Assembly: GCF_056712565.1 (NCBI RefSeq)
Contig: NZ_CM160072.1
Length of the DNA: 64,000 nt
Strand: one strand, 5' to 3'
In this document: piece after piece, positions 1 to 10,433 of the stretch
Numbering within the stretch: position 1 is the stretch's first letter
Layout: every line of letters starts with the position of its first letter
Notes under the pieces: model-generated
What the model saw: only the letters and a program-made list of their open reading frames with translations
What the model was told of the DNA's origin: nothing
The model's database searches: none
Translations under genes and position numbers: made by a program

Positions 1-395
1 GACCAAGCGTTGGTGCGATTGTTGCTAACTGATTACTGGTTGCGGTGGAACCCAATCCACCTGTTGCTTCCGCTGCCGCCAGACTCTGATAGCGAGCCTG
101 ACCTGCAAGGTCTTTATACTGCTGAGAGTTGTAATACTGGTTAAGTGCCTGACCTTGCCCTTCCAGAGACGATAAGTTCTCAAGGCTGCCGACATACTTC
201 CCAGCCAGAGGAGTAAACAGCTTCAGGTTGTTCATGATGGTGTTGAACTGCTGATTTTGCAGGTCTGCGGCATACTTCTGAGCTTCTGCTGCATACTTTG
301 CGCTTTTATCAGAACTGCCACCTTTCCCGCCTTTTTCAGGGTAATAAGGTTCCTCGCCGCGCAGTTTTCTGCCCAGCGTAAATGCATATAACATG
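1..395 (-). CDS. P22-like ejection/injection protein (gp7-like by position), N-terminal part. The gene runs off the window start.
   Basis: Minus-strand ORF beginning with ATG at 393..395 (MLYAFTLGRKLRGEEPYYPEKGGKGG...) and open to position 1. It lies downstream of the gp26-gp14 homologs, as in P22. Confidence 0.5.
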
Positions 396-396
396 G

Positions 397-852
397 CTAT
401 CTCCCGTGATTCAGGAAGTCGATTAGTTCTTCGCGTGTGGCGCTGTAAAACGTCACGTCATCCACGCCTTTGAAGTATTTCTTGATGGTTCCTACACGCT
501 TAAGGCCAATCATTGCGCAGTACATCTGCCCGTGGCGGAATTTGCGTGCAGCAAATGATGTGACGCACTGAACGGTGGTGTTGGTCAGAATGTATCGCCA
601 GAACGCCAGCCCTATTTCCTTGCTGAAGCCGCGAATCTCTGGCAGGTACATGGCGTGGCAATCGAATGTAAGCGGCTGAATCTCCTGATAGTAAACAATG
701 CCGCCAAACTGACCGTGCACGTTCACCTCAAAGTAACGGCAATCAGGTTTGTAGTCGTATCCATCACCGTTGTTGCTCCCGGCGATGATGTCAGGGTGAT
801 TTCCTACTGCTTCGATCAGGTCGATGTTTCGCGTTGGTTTGAATGTAATCAT
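397..852 (-). CDS. P22-like virion/ejection-associated protein (gp14-like by position)
   Basis: 151-aa ORF directly after the tail needle gene, in the P22 order 26-14-7. Confidence 0.45.
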   Translation of the reverse strand: MITFKPTRNIDLIEAVGNHPDIIAGSNNGDGYDYKPDCRYFEVNVHGQFGGIVYYQEIQPLTFDCHAMYLPEIRGFSKEIGLAFWRYILTNTTVQCVTSFAARKFRHGQMYCAMIGLKRVGTIKKYFKGVDDVTFYSATREELIDFLNHGR

Positions 853-1553
853 CAGTCAATCAGCCCATGTAATCTAAGTGCTGTTTCAAGCGCCAGAATA
901 CGCTGCCGCGCCTGCTCCAAACCTGTAGCGATAGCTGCGACTTCGGATTGTGTGTACGTAGTGCCGACCGTGTATGACTGGTTAGCGTTGAATGAGCCAA
1001 GAAGTGGTGTGCCTGTGGCCGCTGTCCATCCGGTCTGCCTTGCTCCAACGACCTGAATTCCATCAACTGAATATGATGTTTTTACATCCAGCGGTGACGC
1101 AAGAGACTGCGATTCTGTTACGGTTTTCGATACGTAATCACTCTTAATGTCAGATATATCGCTTTCTACGCCATCCAGTCTTTGGTCAACAGTGACCAGA
1201 TGCGCCTGAATATCGATAACCTCATCCAGCAAGTAATCAACATCGCTACGCAGTACAACTATCTTCCCTTCGGCGGTTGTTAACCTGACCTCAAGGAGAT
1301 TTATCGCTTTTGTGTTTGCGGTGATTCTTGCATCGTGGTCAGCCAGTTCGACATCCTGTTCATCGTTTTTCACCTGAGCATCGTAAGCGCCCTGACCAGC
1401 CTGATTTGCTTTCCCGGCAATTGCGCCGACATCAGCCCCCTGATTAATGACATACAGCAGGTAAGACTGGCTGAATATATTGCGTGGAAGGATTGATGTA
1501 TCGAGCCGCGTCGCCTGCACAATAACAGGGGTGTTGAGATTCGAATCAGCCAT
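852..1553 (-). CDS. Tail needle protein gp26 (P22-like)
   Basis: N-terminus [25 protein letters not shown]...YLLYV and C-terminus ...ALRLHGLID match the P22 gp26 pattern, with a heptad-rich coiled coil. The start overlaps the gp10 stop (ATGA). Confidence 0.9.
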   Translation of the reverse strand: MADSNLNTPVIVQATRLDTSILPRNIFSQSYLLYVINQGADVGAIAGKANQAGQGAYDAQVKNDEQDVELADHDARITANTKAINLLEVRLTTAEGKIVVLRSDVDYLLDEVIDIQAHLVTVDQRLDGVESDISDIKSDYVSKTVTESQSLASPLDVKTSYSVDGIQVVGARQTGWTAATGTPLLGSFNANQSYTVGTTYTQSEVAAIATGLEQARQRILALETALRLHGLID

Positions 1554-2971
1554 TACTCGATCCTTATCTGGCAGCCAGACAGAGTGACAGGTGACTTCGT
1601 GATAACGCGCAATTTGAAGCCGACATTTTTCCTGATGCGCCCGACTCGCTTCCACAAAACGCGTTTGTCGTAAACAAACGGTTCATTCTGCTCAATCATC
1701 TGCTCACGACCGTAATTGATGCCGTCAGTGGTTGCAGAGAGAAAAAGGCGGTCGGCGTACTGCGCAACGCCAGTTGAAGATTCAACTTCAAGGTCGAAAA
1801 CTCTGGCGTTATCCGCTTTGAACAGAGGAGTAAACAGCAGATGCTCCTGTTGCTTGTCGTACTGGCTGCTGATGTCGAATTGCAATTTCCCGGTCACGGA
1901 CTCCAGCTTATCGCCGCACGTTATCTGATTGCCTTCGTAAATGAAGTCGATAGCGCGGTACACATCGTCATACAGACCTGTTTTCAGTACACACCATTGC
2001 GGAGCATTGGCGCTTGAAGATGCGTCGTATACGAGGACATGGCGCGGAAGATGGATAATCAGCAGCTCATGCGCATCAAATCGCAGAGACTCCATCACAC
2101 CATCAGCCAGTTCATCAGCAGTGTAGGAGCGAAGAATTTTCTCAATGCTCGCGCTGGCGATTGGTGACACCTGCCCGGAACCGATGATGTATACAGACGG
2201 CGCACCTGTTGCCGGATTGCTGATGAACGCATAGGAATCAGCGAATGGCGTTTTGCAATAGGTTCCGGCGATGCCTTTTTGCACCATCAGTGATGGCTGT
2301 GCGACATACAAAGCAGCACCAACGGTGGTTGCGCCAGTCAGGGAGAAATATTCAATAGTCGATGAACCAAAGCAGACGATGAAGTCTCGCCATGTCCCGA
2401 TACCGATGATGCCGTCCGGCTGCGATTCTGCGCGATATTGTGCACTGTATCGGTCAGGGTGCGATTCGTCTTCAAGGTCAGTGATAAACCATGAATCAGT
2501 TCCGTCTTTTGACCACGCATAACGCCCACGTAAGCGAGTAATGTCGCGAACTGAACCTAACTCATACTGCGTGAATCCACTGTCTGTAGGCCAGTTTGAG
2601 ACGGTTTTAACCGTGCCATCATAACGATACTCGACCAGTTGACCATTAACGCCTACAGCCTGTGATGTTCGACCATGCGCCATTGATACGCGACCACTTC
2701 CGGCGACGTCACCGACTTCGCTTTCTCCTTTGTACAGCTTGCCGCCACACACGCGATAAACAGCACTCTGCGCCATGTTGTACTCGACGCCGCGCGATAT
2801 ACCATTCACATCAGAACGTTTGGCAATGCCCGGGAATGAGCGAAGATATCCGCTGCTGTTCAGGATTTCTTTGGGCGTAGCCAACATATTCACTGGCAGA
2901 TAGTCGATATAGTCGGCGTTTCGAAAGTCTTTGCCGACACCTTTCATAAGCGGAAGTTGCTGAATCGGCAT
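1553..2971 (-). CDS. Tail hub/plug protein gp10
   Basis: 472 aa, the same length and position as P22 gp10. N-terminus [11 protein letters not shown]. Confidence 0.85.
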   Translation of the reverse strand: MPIQQLPLMKGVGKDFRNADYIDYLPVNMLATPKEILNSSGYLRSFPGIAKRSDVNGISRGVEYNMAQSAVYRVCGGKLYKGESEVGDVAGSGRVSMAHGRTSQAVGVNGQLVEYRYDGTVKTVSNWPTDSGFTQYELGSVRDITRLRGRYAWSKDGTDSWFITDLEDESHPDRYSAQYRAESQPDGIIGIGTWRDFIVCFGSSTIEYFSLTGATTVGAALYVAQPSLMVQKGIAGTYCKTPFADSYAFISNPATGAPSVYIIGSGQVSPIASASIEKILRSYTADELADGVMESLRFDAHELLIIHLPRHVLVYDASSSANAPQWCVLKTGLYDDVYRAIDFIYEGNQITCGDKLESVTGKLQFDISSQYDKQQEHLLFTPLFKADNARVFDLEVESSTGVAQYADRLFLSATTDGINYGREQMIEQNEPFVYDKRVLWKRVGRIRKNVGFKLRVITKSPVTLSGCQIRIE

Positions 2972-2980
2972 TTATTCACC

Positions 2981-3442
2981 TCACGTACTCGGATCATCTT
3001 TCTCGATGTAAAACCGATTCCACGTAAACGCGCTTTTGTTACCACTACCGCGAGGCATGTCATTTCGCCGCTCAAGTGGTGGTATTTTGGTTAAAGCGAT
3101 ACAGATTGTCTGATATGCACTGTCAGCAGCGGTAAGGAGAGCGTCTGACGGCTGAATGACGTTATCCATGCACACTTGCACAGCGAGTTTCAAAGCGACG
3201 CCATCATTTGCCCATGCAGGGATGCCTGAATCATCGTCAGGTAACGGCATGATGCCGTTTTCTGTATCAGCAAACTGATACCCAAGCTCGATACCTTTCG
3301 CCTGCCATGCTGCCATCATGTCTTCGAGGTCATTAATGGCATCTTCAATTGCCTGAGGGTCAGCATCTGTCAACGTGGCATTGGAATACAGCCCGGCTTT
3401 TCGTAAAGCCTTTAGAACGAGATCACCCTTCGTTTTCGCCAT
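2981..3442 (-). CDS. Head-tail adaptor / tail accessory factor gp4
   Basis: 153 aa (MAKTKGDLV...), in the P22 gp4 position between coat and gp10. Confidence 0.8.
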   Translation of the reverse strand: MAKTKGDLVLKALRKAGLYSNATLTDADPQAIEDAINDLEDMMAAWQAKGIELGYQFADTENGIMPLPDDDSGIPAWANDGVALKLAVQVCMDNVIQPSDALLTAADSAYQTICIALTKIPPLERRNDMPRGSGNKSAFTWNRFYIEKDDPST

Positions 3443-3611
3443 CTTCTTCCGCCTTAGCCACTTTTTGCTTCGTTGCGGTTTCTTCAGGAGTTTTTACCCA
3501 ACCTTTTTTCAGGTGAGATTTAACTTCTTCGTCATCAACAATGATGTAATCGACAGCAAACTGACCGCAGGTGATCATGTTGCCTGGCTTATAGAGCATT
3601 GTTCGTGCCAT
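3423..3611 (-). CDS. Small hypothetical protein between coat and gp4
   Basis: 62-aa ORF from an internal ATG (MARTMLYKPGN...) with a GGGAGA ribosome-binding site. Sf6-like small ORFs occupy the same position. Confidence 0.4.
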   Translation of the reverse strand: MARTMLYKPGNMITCGQFAVDYIIVDDEEVKSHLKKGWVKTPEETATKQKVAKAEEDGENEG

Positions 3612-3626
3612 TGTCTTCTCCCAATA

Positions 3627-3652
3627 AAAATGGGGCCGAAGCCCCACCAAAA
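3627..3652 (-). terminator. Intrinsic terminator immediately downstream of the coat gene
   Basis: Minus-strand hairpin GGGGCUUCGGCCCC followed by AUUUUUAUU. Confidence 0.6.
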
Positions 3653-4906
3653 TTACTGCCCAGCAATAACGATGCCCGTATATTCAGGAACCAGTACAGA
3701 GCAACCGTACAGAGTGGTGAAACGCGCAGTGGTTACGCCTTTGATGTGGTCGAAGGAGTAAGACATGATCAGCGTAGCGCCCTGCTCGGTGGTTGCTGTC
3801 ATTACCTGTGGACCCTGACCAGTTGGGAACGCCAGTTTGCCGTACATCAGTTCAACAGAACCATCAGCCCAGAACAGGTTAGCAGGTGCTGCGTTCTTGT
3901 TGAGAATGGTGATTGCTGCTGATTCTGCCGGTTTGGCATCGACGTTTGCATATGGACGACTCGCAACATCAGTATTTTCAACAGGGAGAATCTTTGGAGA
4001 AATTGTTACGGTAGTTCCGCTAACAGCCAGAACACGGAATACCTGCGGTTGACCGGTGGTATCTTTTGTGATCTGGTGTACGGAATTCACACCGGCAATG
4101 GTGAACGCATCACCAACCTGCAAGCCAGATGCAGATACCGTAATAGTCCCCTGTCGGTTATCAACTGGCATACCATTTGAATCTTTCGCTTCAACCTTGT
4201 GTTCAGGTTGGCCTGATACTGTCAAGGATTCAGTGCTTCCTTTCGGTAATCGACCAGAAATATCGGTCTTGTAGCTATCAAAGGAAGCAACCGGAGGGAT
4301 CTGCGCTTTTTCGTATGCTGTCAGGGTTGCGCCCTGAGCGTAGGCTCGGTGACCAAGCTCGCCAGCAAGGTCTTTGTAGTTGAAGGGGTTCCAAAAAGAG
4401 CGGCGGTTGATACCCTGTGGCACACCAATCGCCGTCATGGTGGCATCAATACCTGCCGCACAGTTCCACAAATCACGGCCCTGTGAACCAGTGGTTGAGT
4501 CAGCCATTGTGATCACGTTAGTAGCACGCTGCGTGACCATGGAAATCAGGTCAGAGTCAATCTGTGCAGCAAGGCGCATACCTGCGGCGCGACCAGCTTC
4601 AGTTTTATGCTCAGGGTCACGCATTTCACGCGCATCCAGAGTGTACAGAATGTTTTTCGGCTCCTTGAACACTGAAGGAACAAGGCGCTGAACCAGTGCT
4701 GTTGGCGTTTTGCTGCTGAGGTCGAGGCCTTCCTCAATGTTCATGTGGTAATGCTGCGGACGATACAGAACATCACCTGCTCGCTGCATTGCTGTATCAC
4801 CGGGACGGAATTTTTTAGCGTTACGGGAAACTACGCAGGCGGCCTCAAAGCCTTCAACGTAGTTTTCGAACATGATTTCAAGGTCTTTTGCTAATTGGTT
4901 ATCCAT
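3653..4906 (-). CDS. Major coat protein gp5 (P22-like)
   Basis: 417 aa, downstream of the scaffold gene. The C-terminal region resembles P22/Sf6-family coat proteins. Confidence 0.85.
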   Translation of the reverse strand: MDNQLAKDLEIMFENYVEGFEAACVVSRNAKKFRPGDTAMQRAGDVLYRPQHYHMNIEEGLDLSSKTPTALVQRLVPSVFKEPKNILYTLDAREMRDPEHKTEAGRAAGMRLAAQIDSDLISMVTQRATNVITMADSTTGSQGRDLWNCAAGIDATMTAIGVPQGINRRSFWNPFNYKDLAGELGHRAYAQGATLTAYEKAQIPPVASFDSYKTDISGRLPKGSTESLTVSGQPEHKVEAKDSNGMPVDNRQGTITVSASGLQVGDAFTIAGVNSVHQITKDTTGQPQVFRVLAVSGTTVTISPKILPVENTDVASRPYANVDAKPAESAAITILNKNAAPANLFWADGSVELMYGKLAFPTGQGPQVMTATTEQGATLIMSYSFDHIKGVTTARFTTLYGCSVLVPEYTGIVIAGQ

Positions 4907-4924
4907 GCTTAATGCTCCGATAGG

Positions 4925-5818
4925 TTATTTTTTTGCCTTTTTAGCGGCGAAATACGGCGTCCAGTCACCAGTTTCCAGCGCCTTGGCTTTCAATTTGTCG
5001 AGGTTGTTGATTACTGCGCCGTTGCTCCCCTTAACCGTCGGGGTTGTGGCTGCCGTGGTTTTTGCTTTTGGCATGATTCTGGCCTTCGATTCGATACGTT
5101 CCAGCAGACGACCAATTGCTACGGGGTTGGTAGCTTCTGCCAGTTGCTTGCGCAGTTCAGCGTTGCGACCAAGCGCCAGAACAACGATTTCCGGCTTCTC
5201 TGACTCAAACAGGATCGCGTTTTGTGTCTCGATGGGGATTTCCTCGAGTACGGCCTGCTCAGCTTCCTGATAGCCAGGAACTTTGAGAGCCTTAACACGT
5301 TGCTGATATTTGGATAATCGCTCTTGATAGGCAGCCTGAAGCTCCTGCTCCTTCTGCTTGCGAGCCATCTCCTGTTGCTGGTACTTGCCATTATCCTCTG
5401 CCCACTTAGCCATGCGTTGCTGGTAGATTTCTTCATCGAAACCGATGTCCTCATCATCCAGTTTTGGCATTCGCGGTGGTTGAGTGATTACCGGCTGCTG
5501 CTCGACGGGTTTCTGAGACTGACGCATCAGCTCTTTCAGCTCGCGGTCTTTCTCTTTAATCGTCTTGCGCAGGTGTTTTACCAGTCCATGCTCAGCGCCA
5601 TCTTCGCTGGTTGGCGAATCCAGCTTTTCGTCACCAAAGTAGAATTCCTGTTCTGATTCGTCGTCATCAGTTTCAGTAGCCTCCTCTGCATCATTGCCTG
5701 AGGACTCACTGCCATCTTCTGTTTCGACTTTTTCAGCCAGTTCGACATCATCAGGAATCTGCTCTGACGCGTCGGTTTCGATTTCAACTTCTGGTGTGTT
5801 TTCTGCCATCTGGTCCAT
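4925..5818 (-). CDS. Scaffolding protein gp8
   Basis: 297 aa, highly acidic N-terminus, charged helical repeats and a basic C-terminal helix-turn-helix tail (...YFAAKKAKK). Lies between portal and coat. Confidence 0.85.
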   Translation of the reverse strand: MDQMAENTPEVEIETDASEQIPDDVELAEKVETEDGSESSGNDAEEATETDDDESEQEFYFGDEKLDSPTSEDGAEHGLVKHLRKTIKEKDRELKELMRQSQKPVEQQPVITQPPRMPKLDDEDIGFDEEIYQQRMAKWAEDNGKYQQQEMARKQKEQELQAAYQERLSKYQQRVKALKVPGYQEAEQAVLEEIPIETQNAILFESEKPEIVVLALGRNAELRKQLAEATNPVAIGRLLERIESKARIMPKAKTTAATTPTVKGSNGAVINNLDKLKAKALETGDWTPYFAAKKAKK

Positions 5819-5908
5819 TTGTTACCCCTGTTTACTCGATGTTCAGCCCATCGGAAGGCAATAGGGTGCCAGGCCTCATAAAGACAGCCATTGCACGTTA
5901 TGGGTTAA

Positions 5909-8107
5909 TTACTGCTGTGGTTGTTGCTGAGTTGATTTTTGCAGGATGCTGCTGATGTCCATGCGCTGCGCATGGCCCTGTGCCTGACTTTTCAGGACAA
6001 GCTCTGCATCAGCACGGGCATTGTCTCCTTGCTGTTGCTGGAACTGTCCGAGCAGTTTCAGAGCCTCGCGGATATCAGATTTCTGCTGGCTATCGGCAGA
6101 TGCGAGGATTTTCACAACATTTGCCGCTGCAACCTGAGCATCAGTCTGTGCCTGGAATGCTTTAACCTGAATGGCTGCCTGCTCGTTCTGCGCTTTCTGC
6201 AATTCAGCCTGACCAGCAAGAAGCTGACCTTGCGCAGCAACCATAGCCGGATCTGGCTGACTGGCCTGTTGTTGTTTCGCCTGCTCAACCATCTGCTGTT
6301 CTTCTGGCGTTCTCGGCTTGATAACTCCAGACAGAAGCAACTGATTGCGGTTGTATTCTTTAAGGTCGTCCATCCCTTCGCCGTCCATATTGTCGAGGAT
6401 CATCGACGATACAAGGTCGTGTTTCGGCGTTCCGGGCGGGATAAGTGCCAGCATGGAAAGTAACGACTTAACCGTTGCGTCACGGCGAGTAGCGAACGAC
6501 TGACCGACATCGACAGTCACTTCATAGTTACCCTGCGAAAGGTCGTTAAGCGCGATAACCTGCCCTGTCTGACGGTCAACCACTTCACCAGTCATCAGCG
6601 CCACGTCATCGCTGCCGTCCTCATTAACGATACGCATCGGCGTATCGCTGCCATAGACTTCACGAGCCATAGAAAGCCACACAACGCCAGCGCGACGCAT
6701 GGATTTAGCCATGTTGTCCATGTAGATATAGGACTGCGTATCCATCCGGTTAAAGATGCTATCAACGGTATCGGTAGCAACGTTGCTCGGCATGTTCTCA
6801 AGCTGCGACGCACCTGTAATTTGCTGAATAGCCGTTCCGGTGTACTGCAATAGCCCGGCAAGAGCTGGAGGCATTTGTGTCGGAGGCGTATAACTGCTGA
6901 CCTGAGCCTGCGCAGTAATATCTCCGTTTTTGTTTTTCAGACTGACCATCGGCAGGAACGCCGGGCGCTTTTTGTTGCGCTCCGCCCAATGAGTGGCGAG
7001 AGGACCAGGAATCATGTCAACATCAACTACAGGAATGCCATCACCGCCAGCCTGAGTAGCGTTATCTGCAATCATGGAAACCATCAGGTTCTCAAGACGC
7101 TGTGCATCCATCGCTTTTGCTGCGTGGCCTTCGATTCGTTCCTGATTATCAACAAATGAGCGACGTCCATATACCGGGATGAGAGGAATATGTTCGCCCG
7201 GAATACGCTTCGGTTCTTCCAGCCATTCAGCGCCAGACAGAAGGCCGCAATAAACGCGGCGTTTCTTCACCGTTCGCTCGCCAATCAGTTCGAATGCACC
7301 ATCGGTCAGCTCGTCGACAATATCTTTGATTTGCTCTTCATCATAGATTGCCGTTTCTCCGCTAACAGGGTTGCGCCATGCCGTGAGCTTCACCTTCTCT
7401 ATGCGAACTTCGTAGTAGCGCCCAACATAGATGGCATCTGGCGTTGACCAGTCATATTGAGTGCCAGTCTCATCACGAGAAAGGCCTGCCGCGATGGAAT
7501 CAGGGTATTCAGCCTCGAACGCTTTAGGCGTCATGGAGAACATTTCCATAGCCCACATAGCATCAGAACGGTCATATTGCTTGCTGTCCTGATCGAAGAA
7601 GACGCATGTCGCTGGGTCGTAAACAGGAAGAAGGCTGATGCGTCGCTGCTCGTTACTTGGGTCCATTTCATCTTCGTAATCGGCACACATGCGGAAACAA
7701 CCGAATCCGCCCGTTACAGCATCATCAAATGCGTTATCACACGCTTCGCCACCTGATGTTTCCTGATAGTCAGCGCGGAATTTGCCGTTCATCTTTTTGG
7801 CTAACGCTTCCGATGCCTTGTCATCCTTCGGCCTGAATTTAACGCTGATGCGATTCTGTCGATACTCGCCAATGATGCGATCACATTCACGGGCAATCTT
7901 ATTCAGTTCAAAGCGCGGGTAATGCTCAAACCTGCCTTCATCAAATGAGTAACCAGCGTTTGTGCTGCCTTCCCACTGTGCGCCGGATACCCGGACGAAA
8001 CGTTGAGCCTCAATAATCTGCTCACGCATATCCTGCGTTGCTGACCAGGCATTATCAAAGTTGCACAGCACCTTGCGATGCCAGTCAGTCATCTTTTTTT
8101 CTGCCAT
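5909..8107 (-). CDS. Portal protein gp1
   Basis: 732 aa with a Gln/Ala-rich C-terminal barrel typical of P22 portal, immediately after TerL. Confidence 0.9.
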   Translation of the reverse strand: MAEKKMTDWHRKVLCNFDNAWSATQDMREQIIEAQRFVRVSGAQWEGSTNAGYSFDEGRFEHYPRFELNKIARECDRIIGEYRQNRISVKFRPKDDKASEALAKKMNGKFRADYQETSGGEACDNAFDDAVTGGFGCFRMCADYEDEMDPSNEQRRISLLPVYDPATCVFFDQDSKQYDRSDAMWAMEMFSMTPKAFEAEYPDSIAAGLSRDETGTQYDWSTPDAIYVGRYYEVRIEKVKLTAWRNPVSGETAIYDEEQIKDIVDELTDGAFELIGERTVKKRRVYCGLLSGAEWLEEPKRIPGEHIPLIPVYGRRSFVDNQERIEGHAAKAMDAQRLENLMVSMIADNATQAGGDGIPVVDVDMIPGPLATHWAERNKKRPAFLPMVSLKNKNGDITAQAQVSSYTPPTQMPPALAGLLQYTGTAIQQITGASQLENMPSNVATDTVDSIFNRMDTQSYIYMDNMAKSMRRAGVVWLSMAREVYGSDTPMRIVNEDGSDDVALMTGEVVDRQTGQVIALNDLSQGNYEVTVDVGQSFATRRDATVKSLLSMLALIPPGTPKHDLVSSMILDNMDGEGMDDLKEYNRNQLLLSGVIKPRTPEEQQMVEQAKQQQASQPDPAMVAAQGQLLAGQAELQKAQNEQAAIQVKAFQAQTDAQVAAANVVKILASADSQQKSDIREALKLLGQFQQQQGDNARADAELVLKSQAQGHAQRMDISSILQKSTQQQPQQ

Positions 8108-8108
8108 A

Positions 8109-9524
8109 TCAACCTACACCACAAGGAATTGAGTAACTGGAATAGTCGGGTTGCGCAGCCGACTCCGGGCAATGCATACACATCATCAGCGCATCAGCCA
8201 GGTTAGGAGATGGGATACCGAGCTTCTGCTTCATTTCGACCTTAGTCATAAGCTCCAGTTTCCCGTTATTATTGAATTTGCGCTGAATCTGCGTCAGTTC
8301 TGCAAACAGTTTCTCCAGCATCTTCTCGCCTATCGCTTCTTTGTCGAAGCTCAGCATGTCGTCGGGGTCTGCATACTCACCGTGGACAACCGCCCGATAT
8401 GTCAGATACAGCCTGTCAGCCAGCGCGTAATAGAATTGCGCTCGCTTATTGCGGAATACATCGCCAATAGTGCGAACGTTGTCACCCTGTACGACTTCAT
8501 CAGCCCATGCTCCGGCCTGATACGGAGCATCTTCATCGAATGGCGATTCGCTGCCCTTGAACATCGTGGCGGTAATTTTCTTGCCGGAGAATGCTTCCGT
8601 TGTCTGTCTGCGTAGCCCTGCACCGACACCATCGCCATCCCACAGGTAATGGTCAGCGCCGTCTTCAATCGCCAGCGAAGTAGCCCAGTCAGCACCCTCG
8701 TTGATGTCCATCAGCAGACCTTCGGCAATGCGCTTAACTACCGAACCGTGACGCGATGCATAACCTTTAGCATCTGGCCCTGTATCTGATGGGTCATGCG
8801 CAGAGACAACAGCGCCTTTCGCTTTCCATCCGAGTTTCTTGTGCGCATCGGTTGCGGCTTCAAGCCATTCACGTTTGATGATTGCCATATCACTTGCGCT
8901 TACTGGCTCACCAAGCCAGATGTGACGATACAGTGTCGGGTTTCTGCGTTTACACTCTTCCATCTCCAGACGGAGAACTTCAGGAAAGTGCGGGTTGTCG
9001 GTGTAGTTCACCGTCAGCAGACAAATATCATCGGGAGGGTTTACTACGAATCGCTGATAGGTATCGTCGAGGATGTTTTTCGGGTTGAAGCTCACCCATA
9101 TTTCGGAAAATGGCTTGCGGATGGTTGGTATCAGGATATCCCATGATTCCTTCGTTACCGCTTCCGCTTCCTCCACCCAGCAGATATCAATGCCTTCGAG
9201 CGATTTAATCTTCGTCGGGTTGTTTTTGATGCCGTAGAACATGAACTCAGCATTCGTCCCGAGATGACGAATCATGGAACGCTGAATTTCAAACTCAGCC
9301 GTATACCCTTCACGCTCTATGGTGTCTTCAAGCAGCCGGATTACCGAATCGCTGATACTGTTTTGCAGTTCACGAGCGCAGAGAATACGCACTGGCTGCC
9401 GACGCGCCGCTTCAACAAGCAGTCTCGCAATTGCCCATGATTTACCGCTACCTCGACCGCCTTTGGCGACTTTGTAGCGATGCGCCTCAATGAACGGTTC
9501 AAAGATAGGATTAATCGAGGTCAT
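8109..9524 (-). CDS. Terminase large subunit gp2
   Basis: 471 aa with Walker A VAKGGRGSGKSWA. Its start overlaps the TerS stop. Confidence 0.9.
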   Translation of the reverse strand: MTSINPIFEPFIEAHRYKVAKGGRGSGKSWAIARLLVEAARRQPVRILCARELQNSISDSVIRLLEDTIEREGYTAEFEIQRSMIRHLGTNAEFMFYGIKNNPTKIKSLEGIDICWVEEAEAVTKESWDILIPTIRKPFSEIWVSFNPKNILDDTYQRFVVNPPDDICLLTVNYTDNPHFPEVLRLEMEECKRRNPTLYRHIWLGEPVSASDMAIIKREWLEAATDAHKKLGWKAKGAVVSAHDPSDTGPDAKGYASRHGSVVKRIAEGLLMDINEGADWATSLAIEDGADHYLWDGDGVGAGLRRQTTEAFSGKKITATMFKGSESPFDEDAPYQAGAWADEVVQGDNVRTIGDVFRNKRAQFYYALADRLYLTYRAVVHGEYADPDDMLSFDKEAIGEKMLEKLFAELTQIQRKFNNNGKLELMTKVEMKQKLGIPSPNLADALMMCMHCPESAAQPDYSSYSIPCGVG

Positions 9525-9961
9525 TTTCCGAATAGAGTACTCATCGGTGATGTTTCAATCTGGATTGCGCCGCCGTCTTTGCCTGTTAGCTCGTGATCAA
9601 CCTTGTCGCGCCATTTATCCTTCTGTCGGTTCTTAAGCCAGAAGATGGCAGCTGTTGTATCAGGCGGGTAATACTTCTCAAGAGGAGTTTCGACAATTCT
9701 GTTTTCAATAACACGAATATCGATGTCTGGAGCCACGAAGCCCATAGCGCGTTGATAAAGACGGTCACTAACTTCTGCATCAGCGACGGCCTTACCCTTT
9801 TTTATGGACTCCGAAAACTCAGGATAATCAAGCTTCCACTTGTTAATAGTTGACTCACTGACTTCGAAGAAATCAGCAAGCTCTGCATCGGTGTAGCCCA
9901 GCAAGCACAGTTTGCGTGCCTGTTCGGCATACGCCTCTTGATACTTTGTTGGGCGCGCCAT
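9521..9961 (-). CDS. Terminase small subunit
   Basis: 146 aa, N-terminal helix-turn-helix (MARPTKYQEAYAEQARKLCLLGYTDAELADFFEVSESTINKW), immediately upstream of TerL. Confidence 0.7.
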   Translation of the reverse strand: MARPTKYQEAYAEQARKLCLLGYTDAELADFFEVSESTINKWKLDYPEFSESIKKGKAVADAEVSDRLYQRAMGFVAPDIDIRVIENRIVETPLEKYYPPDTTAAIFWLKNRQKDKWRDKVDHELTGKDGGAIQIETSPMSTLFGK

Positions 9962-9963
9962 GT

Positions 9964-10206
9964 TTATGCTCCGGTGGTGAACAGGTCTAACGCTTCCTTC
10001 GATTTACGCACCGCTTCGATAGTGCGGGTCGTGATATCTGAATTAGCGCCGCCTGACTGGAAGTGAATTTTGAATAGCTCAAGCTTCAGTTCGTCAGTGC
10101 CAATGAACTGAAATGCTTCCTCTGCGGCTGCGTTCTGGTTCATGACCAGCTTGTAAATCTCTAACTGGAATTTCTGTTCTTCAGTCATGGGAATAATCTC
10201 TGCCAT
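9964..10206 (-). CDS. Hypothetical 80-aa protein (P22 orf80-like position)
   Basis: 80-aa ORF between the Rha gene and TerS. Confidence 0.5.
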   Translation of the reverse strand: MAEIIPMTEEQKFQLEIYKLVMNQNAAAEEAFQFIGTDELKLELFKIHFQSGGANSDITTRTIEAVRKSKEALDLFTTGA

Positions 10207-10433
10207 TGTTGGCTCCGTTTATCCGTTAAAAGGGATATCAGTTAAGTTATCCCGTGTAGGGTATAAGCCATTGTCGAGACCACTCATTGAATGGTCTCTG
10301 CAATAACCGATGTCTTTCCATCAGTCCGCCACCACAAAGAATCTTTTTTGCCATAAGGCAGGAGGTTCATCTTTCAGTGGCTGCCAGTGTTATTTCCCCA
10401 CTTTCTGGCTTGGGTTGTTTCGCTGTACTGCCG

